Positions 36,123 to 43,703 of a DNA stretch of 61,263 nt are shown in pieces (the stretch's first letter is position 1; every line of letters begins with the position of its first letter). Under the pieces are notes generated by a model that did no database searches, was not told the origin of the DNA, and worked only from the letters and a program-made list of their open reading frames with translations. The stretch is taken from NCBI GenBank assembly GCA_046728135.1, contig JBKPDZ010000036.1, positions 1 through 61,263 on the forward strand. The letters are read 5' to 3'. The DNA is from Gemmatimonadota bacterium. Its GTDB lineage: Bacteria; Gemmatimonadota; Gemmatimonadetes; Gemmatimonadales; GWC2-71-9. A program made the position numbers and the translations under genes.

Positions 36123-37293
36123 AACCTTTCTCCTGACCGGCGAATTCCCGCCGATGCAGACCGGCATCGCGCGGATGATGGGCGAACTGACGCGCCGCTA
36201 TCCGCGCGGCGACCTGCTCGTTTCTACGGGCCAGCATCGGGACTCGCAGGATTCCGACATCCGTTTCGGCGGCGCGATCGTGGACCGGCTGCCCGTGCCG
36301 AGCAAGGCGCTGCGCAATCTGGCCGGCCTGTTGTTCTGGTCGCGTCGCGTCGCCTCGCTCGCGCGCCAGCACAAGCCGCGCTTCGCCTGGTGCGACTCGA
36401 TCCGGCCCTGCACGTATCCCGCGAAATGGATGCACGAGCGCGTCGGAACGAGGTACGGGGTGTTCGTGCACGGCGGCGATCTGCTGAAGGAGCTGCACGC
36501 GATCCACCACTCGCGCTTCGCGCGCAAGACCGCGAAGGCGCTGTTGGGCTCGGCCGTCGCGGTGGTCGCGAACAGCCAATGGACGCGCGAGCAGGCGCAG
36601 AAGGTGTTGCGCGAGCTGGGACTCGATCCGCTCGCCGAGACCGTGCGCCTCGTCCCGCTCGGCACTGATCCCGAGCAGTTCCGCCCGGGGATGGACACGC
36701 GCGCCGTCCGCACGCGCTACGGACTGAATGGCGAGTCATGGGCCCTCACGGTCGCGCGGCTCGAGCCGTACAAAGGCGTGGACACGGCGCTGCGGGCCGT
36801 GGCGCAGTGCCGCCGGGATGGATTGGACGTGAATTACCTGGTGGTCGGCAGTGGCAAGAAACGCAAAGAGTATCGGCGGCTCGCCGAGGAACTGAACATC
36901 GGCGACCACGTGCGCTTCGTGGGCAACGTGCCGGAAGCGGAGCTGCCCGCGGTCTTCAACATCGCGAACGTCTATGTGGGCGTGTCGCGCCGCGCCGATG
37001 GTTCACGTGTCGAAGGCTTCGGCGTGGCGCTCGCCGAGGCGAGCGCCACCGGGCAGCCGGTGATAGCCGGACCATCGGGAGGGTTGGCGGAGGCGGTGCA
37101 CGACGGCGAAACCGGACTGGTGGTGAATCCGGACGATGCCGACGCCGTCGCCGTGGCGCTCAAACGCCTGTTGGACGATCAGCTGCTCGCGCGCCGGCTC
37201 GGCCAGGCAGGTCGCAAGGCGATCGAGACCTACTACAACTGGGACCGGGTGATCCGCGACCTCTTGGACATCGAATCACAAGTCTCCTCCTAG
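36115..37293 (+). CDS. Glycosyltransferase family 4 (tandem paralog C)
   Basis: MAKTFLLTGEFPPMQTGIARMMGEL… and …EGFGVALAEASATGQPVIAGPSGGLAEAV…. Overlaps the GT2 stop by 8 nt. Confidence 0.88.
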   Translation: MAKTFLLTGEFPPMQTGIARMMGELTRRYPRGDLLVSTGQHRDSQDSDIRFGGAIVDRLPVPSKALRNLAGLLFWSRRVASLARQHKPRFAWCDSIRPCTYPAKWMHERVGTRYGVFVHGGDLLKELHAIHHSRFARKTAKALLGSAVAVVANSQWTREQAQKVLRELGLDPLAETVRLVPLGTDPEQFRPGMDTRAVRTRYGLNGESWALTVARLEPYKGVDTALRAVAQCRRDGLDVNYLVVGSGKKRKEYRRLAEELNIGDHVRFVGNVPEAELPAVFNIANVYVGVSRRADGSRVEGFGVALAEASATGQPVIAGPSGGLAEAVHDGETGLVVNPDDADAVAVALKRLLDDQLLARRLGQAGRKAIETYYNWDRVIRDLLDIESQVSS

Positions 37294-38441
37294 CATTCAA
37301 CTTTCCGCCGCACGGCGGCGGCATTGCCCGCATGATGGGCGAGTTGGCGCTCCGCTATCCGCGCAACACGCTCGTCGTTTCGACGGGCGCGTACGCCAAC
37401 AGCGCGGCGAGCGATACCCGCTTTCAGCAGCCCATTGATCGCGTCGGCATTCGGGCGACGCGGTTGCGGACCGTGCAAGGCCTCGCGCGCTGGACGTGGC
37501 GCGCGGGCGCGCTGGCGAAACGCTGGCGCCCCGGCTTCACGTGGTGCGCCGAGCTCAAGCCCGCCGGCTATCCGGCCCGCTGGCTCGCGGCGCGACGCCA
37601 CGTGCCCTACGGCATCATCGTCTACGGCACCGAGCTGCTCCTGATTCAGGAAAAAATCGCCCGCAGTCGCTTCAAGCGCGGGACGGCGGGCAGCATCATC
37701 GGCAATGCCGCCGTGATCGTCGCGATCAGCAACTGGACCGCCAACCTCGCGCTCGACGTCGTCACGGCGCTCGACGTCGTGGTCCCCGTCGAGACGGTGC
37801 CGCTCGGGACGACGCCGGCGCACTTTCGTCCTGGGCTCGACACCAGTGCGGTGCGCGCCAAGTACGGATTGAACGGCGGACCGTGGTTGCTCACGGTCGC
37901 GCGCCTGGAATGGCATAAGGGGATCGACACCGTGATGCGGGCGCTGGCTGCCGTGCGCGCCGTGCACCCGACGGCGCGCTACGCCATCGTCGGCAGCGGC
38001 CACCGGCTGCCCAAATTCGAGCAGCTGCGCGATGAATTGCGACTGGGCGATGCCGTACGCTTCCTGGGAAGCGTGACGGACGGCGAGCTGCCCGCGCTCT
38101 ACAACGCGGCGGATCTCTATGTGGGGGCGTCGCGCCGCGTCGAAGGCCTCGTCGAAGGATTCGGCATCTCGCTCGTCGAAGCCTCGGCGTGCGGGCTCGC
38201 CGTCTTGGGCGGACGCTCGGGTGGCGTGGCGGATGCCGTGCGCGACGGTGAGACGGGAATCCTGGTGGATCCGGACGATCCGGCGGCGGTGGCCGCCGAG
38301 ATCAACGCGTTACTGGCGGACCCTGCACGCAGGCACAGACTCGGCGCGGAGGGTCGGAAAGCCGTGGAGACCTACTACAACTGGGATCGAGTAGCGACGG
38401 ATTTGATAGAGATCGATCAGCGATATAGATCGACACGCTGA
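37275..38441 (+). CDS. Glycosyltransferase family 4 (tandem paralog D)
   Basis: Homology to paralog C starts at …ITSLLLAFNFPPHGGGIARMMGEL…. No in-frame ATG/GTG/TTG lies near it, so I propose ATC 37275 as the start. The first canonical start is ATG 37332, which would delete strand beta-1. The start is uncertain. Confidence 0.78.
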   Translation: MTSLLLAFNFPPHGGGIARMMGELALRYPRNTLVVSTGAYANSAASDTRFQQPIDRVGIRATRLRTVQGLARWTWRAGALAKRWRPGFTWCAELKPAGYPARWLAARRHVPYGIIVYGTELLLIQEKIARSRFKRGTAGSIIGNAAVIVAISNWTANLALDVVTALDVVVPVETVPLGTTPAHFRPGLDTSAVRAKYGLNGGPWLLTVARLEWHKGIDTVMRALAAVRAVHPTARYAIVGSGHRLPKFEQLRDELRLGDAVRFLGSVTDGELPALYNAADLYVGASRRVEGLVEGFGISLVEASACGLAVLGGRSGGVADAVRDGETGILVDPDDPAAVAAEINALLADPARRHRLGAEGRKAVETYYNWDRVATDLIEIDQRYRSTR

Positions 38442-38455
38442 CGCGTGCGCGAAAT

Positions 38456-38483
38456 GTAGGGGCGCAGCATGCTGCGCCCCTAC
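38456..38483. repeat. REP-type palindrome, copy 2 (GTAGGGGCGCAGCATGCTGCGCCCCTAC, perfect)
   Basis: Perfect 28-nt palindrome with a GTAG head, in the 55-nt gap between the convergent GT4 and patatin genes. Confidence 0.9.
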
Positions 38484-38496
38484 CCCCACCAACGAT

Positions 38497-39636
38497 TCAG
38501 CCCGATCTGCGCATCTCTTTTGCCTGGTCCGTCGGCCGCGCGATGATCGCGTAGGTCGGGCAGTGCCGGATGTAGCCACCGTCCATCGGCGACCACTCCT
38601 GATCGGGCTGCGTCACGACCGCCTTGCGATCGGAGTCCAGCACGAACAATCCCTGCGGGCCATGCACCAGACAGGCGCCGCAGCCGATGCAACGCTCCCG
38701 CTCGACGCGCACCAGCACGTGCCGCTTCGGGAAGATGCCGACGTCCCCCGGCTCGGGCCACTCGTCGGCACGGTCGAGCGCGGTGCTCGTCGCGCGATAG
38801 CCTTCCTCGACTTCCTCGCGCAGGTGATCGAACGAAAACATCGTCACGTGCTCGACGCGCGGCTGGATGTAATAGACCGGCGGCGTCGTCCAGGTGCGCA
38901 CGCGCTGCTCGAGCAGCGTCTGCATGAGAATTTCGGTCGCCCGCGCGAACACGCCGGCGAACCCCTCGTCCTGGGCGTCGGCCGTGAGGAGGCTGGATGC
39001 GGAGACGTCCACCGCCACGATCAGCTCCGGACCGAGTGCGCGGGCGGCGTCAAACGGGAGGTTCTCGACCACGGCACCGTCGACGTAGAACCGCCCCCCG
39101 ATCTCGTGCGGCGGGAAATACCCGGGCAAGGCGCAGGAGGCGAAGACGGCGTCGGCAACGCGGATATCGTCGAGCCCCGGCAACCCCCAGAACACTTCCA
39201 TCCCGGAGTTCAGGTCTACGGTATTTACGATGACGGGAGGATCGAGCTGCTGGAACGTGAGGTCGCCGACCGTCCGCGCGATCAGGTGCTCCAGCGGCTC
39301 GCGCCGGAACAACGCGGGGGAGCGCATGCGCTTGAACGCCATGTCGGCGTGCGCGACGGCGAAGACGTCCTTGCGCTTGAGGCCGAGCGCGATCTCGCGG
39401 AGTTTGGCAATACCCATCCCGCCAGCCCAGGCGGCGCCGACGAGCGCGCCCACGCTGGACCCGACGATGCGGGTCGGCCGGTGGCCGCGCTCGAGCAATG
39501 CCTGCAGCACGCCCACATGGGCGAGCCCCTTCATCCCGCCGCCGCCCAGAACCAGGGTGAACGGTGTATCGCGTTTCACAGCCCTATCCGCTTGCCCGGG
39601 GAGTTGAGTCCCGAGTAACGTAGTTGGGACCCCCAT
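38497..39636 (-). CDS. Patatin-like phospholipase fused to a C-terminal single-cluster ferredoxin-like domain
   Basis: LVLGGGGMKG (oxyanion loop), GSSVGA (GxSxG) and DGAV (catalytic Asp), then a C-terminal CIGCGAC…HCP motif. The alternative start GTG 39579 would avoid the 2-nt start-codon overlap with the divergent gene. Confidence 0.8.
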   Translation of the reverse strand: MGVPTTLLGTQLPGQADRAVKRDTPFTLVLGGGGMKGLAHVGVLQALLERGHRPTRIVGSSVGALVGAAWAGGMGIAKLREIALGLKRKDVFAVAHADMAFKRMRSPALFRREPLEHLIARTVGDLTFQQLDPPVIVNTVDLNSGMEVFWGLPGLDDIRVADAVFASCALPGYFPPHEIGGRFYVDGAVVENLPFDAARALGPELIVAVDVSASSLLTADAQDEGFAGVFARATEILMQTLLEQRVRTWTTPPVYYIQPRVEHVTMFSFDHLREEVEEGYRATSTALDRADEWPEPGDVGIFPKRHVLVRVERERCIGCGACLVHGPQGLFVLDSDRKAVVTQPDQEWSPMDGGYIRHCPTYAIIARPTDQAKEMRRSG

Positions 39637-40486
39637 GGCGGCGCCACTCTTTTGGACACGAATCGCCCGTGACCCTTGGGCCCGTTTCGGCCTGGGCGTC
39701 GTCGCGCTGCTCGCGCTGCTGGCGTTGCTGGCGCCCGCGCTCGCCCCCGGCGATCCGTTTCGCGGCGACCTCGCCGTGAGTCTGCGTCCCCCATCTCACA
39801 CCTTTCTGTTCGGAAGCGATGCCCAAGGCCGTGACGTCCTCTCCCGGGTCCTCTACGGGGCCCGGCTGTCGCTTGCCGTCGGGTTGATCAGCCAGAGCAT
39901 CGCGCTGGTTCTCGGCTTGACGCTCGGGCTCATCGCCGGCTTCTATGGCCGCTGGATCGACGGCGTCATCATGCGCGTGGCGGACGTCACGCTCGCCTTT
40001 CCGTCACTGCTGCTCTTGATCGCGATCGCCGCCGCCGTGAAACCGTCTCTCCCCGTGGTGTTTGTCGTCATCGGCATCGTCGGCTGGGCCGGCATGGCGC
40101 GTATCGTCCGCAGCCAGGTGTTGCTCGCGCGCGCCCTCGAGTACGTCCAGGCGGCGCGGGCGCTCGGCGCGTCGGACGCGCGCATCATCACGCGCCACCT
40201 GCTGCCCAACGTGATCGCGCCGGTGATTGTTGCGGCGACGCTCGGCATTGGCGGCGCGATCATGGCCGAGGCGGCACTGTCGTTCCTCGGACTCGGCGCG
40301 CAACCGCCAACCCCCTCATGGGGGGCGATGGTTGCCGAGGGTCGAGACCTGCTGCGTGTCGCGCCTTGGGTGTCGATTGCACCCGGTGTGGCGATTGGAC
40401 TCGCGGTGTTAGGACTCAACCTCCTCGGGGACGGCCTGCGCGATGCCTTGGATGTGCACGGACTGGGCCCCGGGCGTCTGGCATGA
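39635..40486 (+). CDS. ABC transporter permease (DppC/OppC family)
   Basis: Six-TM profile with the EAA-like loop …ARALGASDARIITRHLLPNV…. N-terminus …FGSDAQGRDVLSRVLYGAR…. Confidence 0.88.
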   Translation: MAAPLFWTRIARDPWARFGLGVVALLALLALLAPALAPGDPFRGDLAVSLRPPSHTFLFGSDAQGRDVLSRVLYGARLSLAVGLISQSIALVLGLTLGLIAGFYGRWIDGVIMRVADVTLAFPSLLLLIAIAAAVKPSLPVVFVVIGIVGWAGMARIVRSQVLLARALEYVQAARALGASDARIITRHLLPNVIAPVIVAATLGIGGAIMAEAALSFLGLGAQPPTPSWGAMVAEGRDLLRVAPWVSIAPGVAIGLAVLGLNLLGDGLRDALDVHGLGPGRLA

Positions 40487-41670
40487 CCGAGATCGCGTAC
40501 CACCCCACCCACGTCCGCGCGCTGCGTGAGACCTTCAAGGCGCTGCGCACGTCAGAATTCCCGTGGACGGCCGACACCATTTATCTGAACAACGCGTCCA
40601 TCGGGCCGATCCCGGAACGGACGCGCCGCGCGCTCGACGAGTTCACGGCCAAGCGCACCGCCCCGCACCTGCTGCCCGATCGTGAGCTGTTCGCCGGCCT
40701 CGCCGCCGCGCGGCTTGGGGTTGCCCACCTGATCAACTGTGACCCGTCCGAAGTCGCGCTCGCCACCAACACGGGCTACGGACTGAACCTCGCCGCCCGC
40801 GCGCTACCGCTGAAAGCGGGCGACGTCGTCCTGCTCTCGGACAAGGAATTCCCGGCGAACGTTTATCCCTGGTTGATGCTGCGCGAGCAGGGGATCACCG
40901 TCGAAGTGGCGCGCTGCCGTCCCGAAGGGTGGCCCGACGAAGAGTTTCTCCTGCAGCGGCTGCGCGACCCGCGCGTGCGGGTGCTGGCCGTCTCCTTCGT
41001 GCAGTTCTCCAACGGCTACCGCGCCGACCTGCAGAAGCTGGGCGCCGCGTGCCGCGCCAACGGGACCTACTTGGTCGTGGACGGAATCCAGGGCGTGGGC
41101 AATTCGGTCCTCGACGTGACCGAGACACCCGTCGACATCCTGGCCTGCGGCGGGCAGAAGTGGTTGTTGTCGCCGTGGGGCTCGGGCTTCGTGTACGTGC
41201 GCAAGCAGCTCGTGCCGCAGCTCAAGCCGGCGATCACGAGTTGGATGGCGTTCGAGGGGACCGACGACTTCTCGCGGCTCACCGAGTACAACCCGACCTT
41301 CCGCTCCAACGCCCGGCGGTTCGAGATGATCACGCTGCCGTATCAGGACTTCGTCGGCATGACCACGTCGTTGCAATTGCTGCTGGAGGTGGGTGTGCGC
41401 GCAGTCGCCGAAGTCACGCGCTCGACGCACGAGCCGATAGTGAAATGGGCGGCGGAGCATGGCGTGCGCATCTCTTCGCCGACCGAGAACGGACACCGCT
41501 CCGCGATTTTGTGCGTCGCGCCCACCAAGCCGGTCGAGGCCTATCACGCCATGAAGCGGGCGCGCGTCGTGTGCAGTCTCCGTGAGGGCTCGATCCGGCT
41601 CTCGCCGCATTGCTACAACACCGTCGAAGAAATGGAGAAGGTGATCGAAGTGCTGGACGACTTGACATAG
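40483..41670 (+). CDS. Class V aminotransferase-fold PLP-dependent enzyme (cysteine desulfurase/selenocysteine lyase-like)
   Basis: ATG at 40483 overlaps the upstream stop (ATGA). IYLNNASIGP…, VVDGIQGVG, GGQKWLLSPWG and RLSPHCYNT. Confidence 0.85.
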   Translation: MTEIAYHPTHVRALRETFKALRTSEFPWTADTIYLNNASIGPIPERTRRALDEFTAKRTAPHLLPDRELFAGLAAARLGVAHLINCDPSEVALATNTGYGLNLAARALPLKAGDVVLLSDKEFPANVYPWLMLREQGITVEVARCRPEGWPDEEFLLQRLRDPRVRVLAVSFVQFSNGYRADLQKLGAACRANGTYLVVDGIQGVGNSVLDVTETPVDILACGGQKWLLSPWGSGFVYVRKQLVPQLKPAITSWMAFEGTDDFSRLTEYNPTFRSNARRFEMITLPYQDFVGMTTSLQLLLEVGVRAVAEVTRSTHEPIVKWAAEHGVRISSPTENGHRSAILCVAPTKPVEAYHAMKRARVVCSLREGSIRLSPHCYNTVEEMEKVIEVLDDLT

Positions 41671-41739
41671 CACGGAGCACGGAGCAATAGGCTAACTGCT
41701 CCGTAGTTTCTGCTCCGTGCTCCTTGCTCCCTGCTCCGT
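41670..41739. repeat. Word-built asymmetric hairpin: 2 x CACGGAG then 5 x GCTCCNT-type heptamers
   Basis: Reads CACGGAG CACGGAG caataggctaact GCTCCGT agtttct GCTCCGT GCTCCTT GCTCCCT GCTCCGT. It sits between convergent genes. The right array forms the last codons of the minus-strand gene (…TEQGARSTEQKLRSS*). Confidence 0.85.
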
Positions 41740-42378
41740 TCTGTGCCGGTCCACCCACCACGCAAGCAGCACAAGCAGCCATCCGAAGATGATGCCGAAG
41801 ATCGCGAGCGCGCGCATGTCGGTAGGCGTCGGCATGAACAGCGTACTGTAATAGGACCCAGCCAGCACCACGACCAGCGCCCAGATTCCCCATCGGCCGA
41901 TGCCATCGCGTCCACGCGTGCTGCGCACGTAGATGGCCACACCGGCGAGCAGCATCACGCTTTCGACGATCACGGTGCCCGCCGCTGAATTCCACAGGCC
42001 GAGGCCGAGCTTCGCGCCCCCGGGATAGAGTTGGATGTCGGGCCGGTGCGTGATGAAGTCGAGTACCCAGTGGCTCACCACGAGCGACCCGATCACGAGC
42101 GCCGCGCGGTTGTCTGCCGTCTTGGCCTTATAGAGGTAGCCGAAGAGCGCGCCCCAGACGATCAGGGCAAGCAGGCTATGCGAGTACGGATAGTCGTCGA
42201 GCCAGAGCGTCAAGAACGGATTCGCTCCGGGCACCACGTGCGCGTGCTCCCAGCCGAGCAGCAGGAACACCGGCCACAGCAGGTCCGCGAACGTCGGGGC
42301 GACGAACAAGGTGCCGAGGCTCGTGCGGGGCGCGGCGCGTTTGGCCGCGAGACCCAAGGCGTAGTGACCGATGAACAT
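41692..42378 (-). CDS. Polytopic membrane protein, possibly a membrane-bound metal-dependent hydrolase (YdjM/DUF457-like)
   Basis: MFIGHYALGLAAKR… followed by several His-containing TM helices. The family assignment is tentative. Confidence 0.6.
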   Translation of the reverse strand: MFIGHYALGLAAKRAAPRTSLGTLFVAPTFADLLWPVFLLLGWEHAHVVPGANPFLTLWLDDYPYSHSLLALIVWGALFGYLYKAKTADNRAALVIGSLVVSHWVLDFITHRPDIQLYPGGAKLGLGLWNSAAGTVIVESVMLLAGVAIYVRSTRGRDGIGRWGIWALVVVLAGSYYSTLFMPTPTDMRALAIFGIIFGWLLVLLAWWVDRHRTEQGARSTEQKLRSS

Positions 42379-42397
42379 TGACTAGCTCCTCCCACGA

Positions 42398-43666
42398 TCA
42401 GCCTGCACGGCGCAAGAGCGCGTATTCCTTCTTGCCTTTGCGGAGCAGCAGATTCCTGCCCCCGATCCAGTCCTGCGAGCCGATCGTGCGCGCGACGTCG
42501 TTGATCCGCTGCTGATTGACGTAGATGCCGCCTTGCTCGATGCTGCGGCGCGCTTCGCTCTTGGACTTGGCGAGCCCGGCGCGCGTCACGAGATCGACGA
42601 GCGCGACGCCGTCCGCCTCGCCCTCGACGGGGATTGTCGGAATCTCGCCGGCAAGGACGTCGAACACCTGCGGGTGCACTTCCGCTTGCTCTTCACCGAA
42701 CAGAATCGCAGACGCAGCCTGGACGCCGGAGAGCAGCTCGGCGCCGTGCACGCGTGTCGTGACGTCCGCGGCGAGGGCACGCTGCGCCGGCCGCGCAGCG
42801 GAATGGCGCTTTTGCTCTGCCATGAGGGCATCGATGTCGGGGTGCGACTTCAACGTAAAGAGCTTCAGGTAGCTCTCGACGTCGCGGTCGTCCACGTTGA
42901 TCCAGAACTGATAGAACTTGTACGGCGAGGTCATTGCGGGATCGAGATAGACGGCGCCCGATTCGGTCTTCCCGAATTTTTGGCCTGAAGCACGCGTGAC
43001 CATGGGCGCGACGAGTCCGTGCACCTCGGCGTTCTCGACGCGCCGGATCAGCTCCACGCCGGCGGTGATGTTCCCCCATTGATCGCTGCCGGCGACCTGG
43101 AGCGTGCACTGGCGCTCGCGATAGAGGTGCCAGAAGTCGTAGGCCTGCAGCAGCATGTAGCTGAATTCCGTGAACGACAGCCCAGTCTCCATGCGCGCCT
43201 TCACCGACTCCTTCTGCATCATGACGTTGACCGTGAAGTGCTTGCCGACGTCGCGCAGGAAGTCGATGAGTCGCTGCTCCCCCAGCCACTTGGCGTTGTC
43301 GAGCAAGAGCGCGGCGGTGGGCCCTGTGCCAAAGTCCAGGAACCGCGCGGATTGATCGCGCTGGCGACGGACGTTCTCGCGGATCTGCTCCTTGGAGAGC
43401 AATGGTCGTTCGCTCGATTTCCCGGAGGGATCGCCGATCAGTCCGGTGCCGCCGCCCATCAGCACAATTGGCCGATGTCCCGCTCGTTGCAGATTGGCGA
43501 GCAGCATCAACGGCATCAGATTGCCGAGCTGCAACGATGGCGCGGTGGGATCGAAGCCGCAGTACGCCGTCACCGGGCCCTTAGCGAAGTGCGCGGCGAG
43601 ACCGGGTGTGGCTTGCTGTACGAAGCCGCGCCACTCGAGTTCCTGCAACACGTTAGACGTCGTCAT
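42398..43666 (-). CDS. tyrS: Tyrosine--tRNA ligase
   Basis: YCGFDPTAPSLQLGNL (HIGH-type), KFGKTESG (KMSKS-type) and a C-terminal S4 domain. Confidence 0.95.
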   Translation of the reverse strand: MTTSNVLQELEWRGFVQQATPGLAAHFAKGPVTAYCGFDPTAPSLQLGNLMPLMLLANLQRAGHRPIVLMGGGTGLIGDPSGKSSERPLLSKEQIRENVRRQRDQSARFLDFGTGPTAALLLDNAKWLGEQRLIDFLRDVGKHFTVNVMMQKESVKARMETGLSFTEFSYMLLQAYDFWHLYRERQCTLQVAGSDQWGNITAGVELIRRVENAEVHGLVAPMVTRASGQKFGKTESGAVYLDPAMTSPYKFYQFWINVDDRDVESYLKLFTLKSHPDIDALMAEQKRHSAARPAQRALAADVTTRVHGAELLSGVQAASAILFGEEQAEVHPQVFDVLAGEIPTIPVEGEADGVALVDLVTRAGLAKSKSEARRSIEQGGIYVNQQRINDVARTIGSQDWIGGRNLLLRKGKKEYALLRRAG

Positions 43667-43703
43667 GGCGGCGAATCTATCGCCTTGCTAGGTTGTTACA
43701 CAG

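Noticed and set aside
36738-37274. An upstream extension of 179 codons on the GT4 paralog D ORF
   Set aside because: It is an alternative frame of paralog C with Arg/Gly-rich composition. Homology to the paralog begins only at about 37275.
37275-37293. A programmed -1 frameshift fusing the two tandem GT4 genes
   Set aside because: No X XXY YYZ slippery heptamer or obvious downstream stimulator precedes the TAG. Near-cognate reinitiation or truncation is a simpler explanation.
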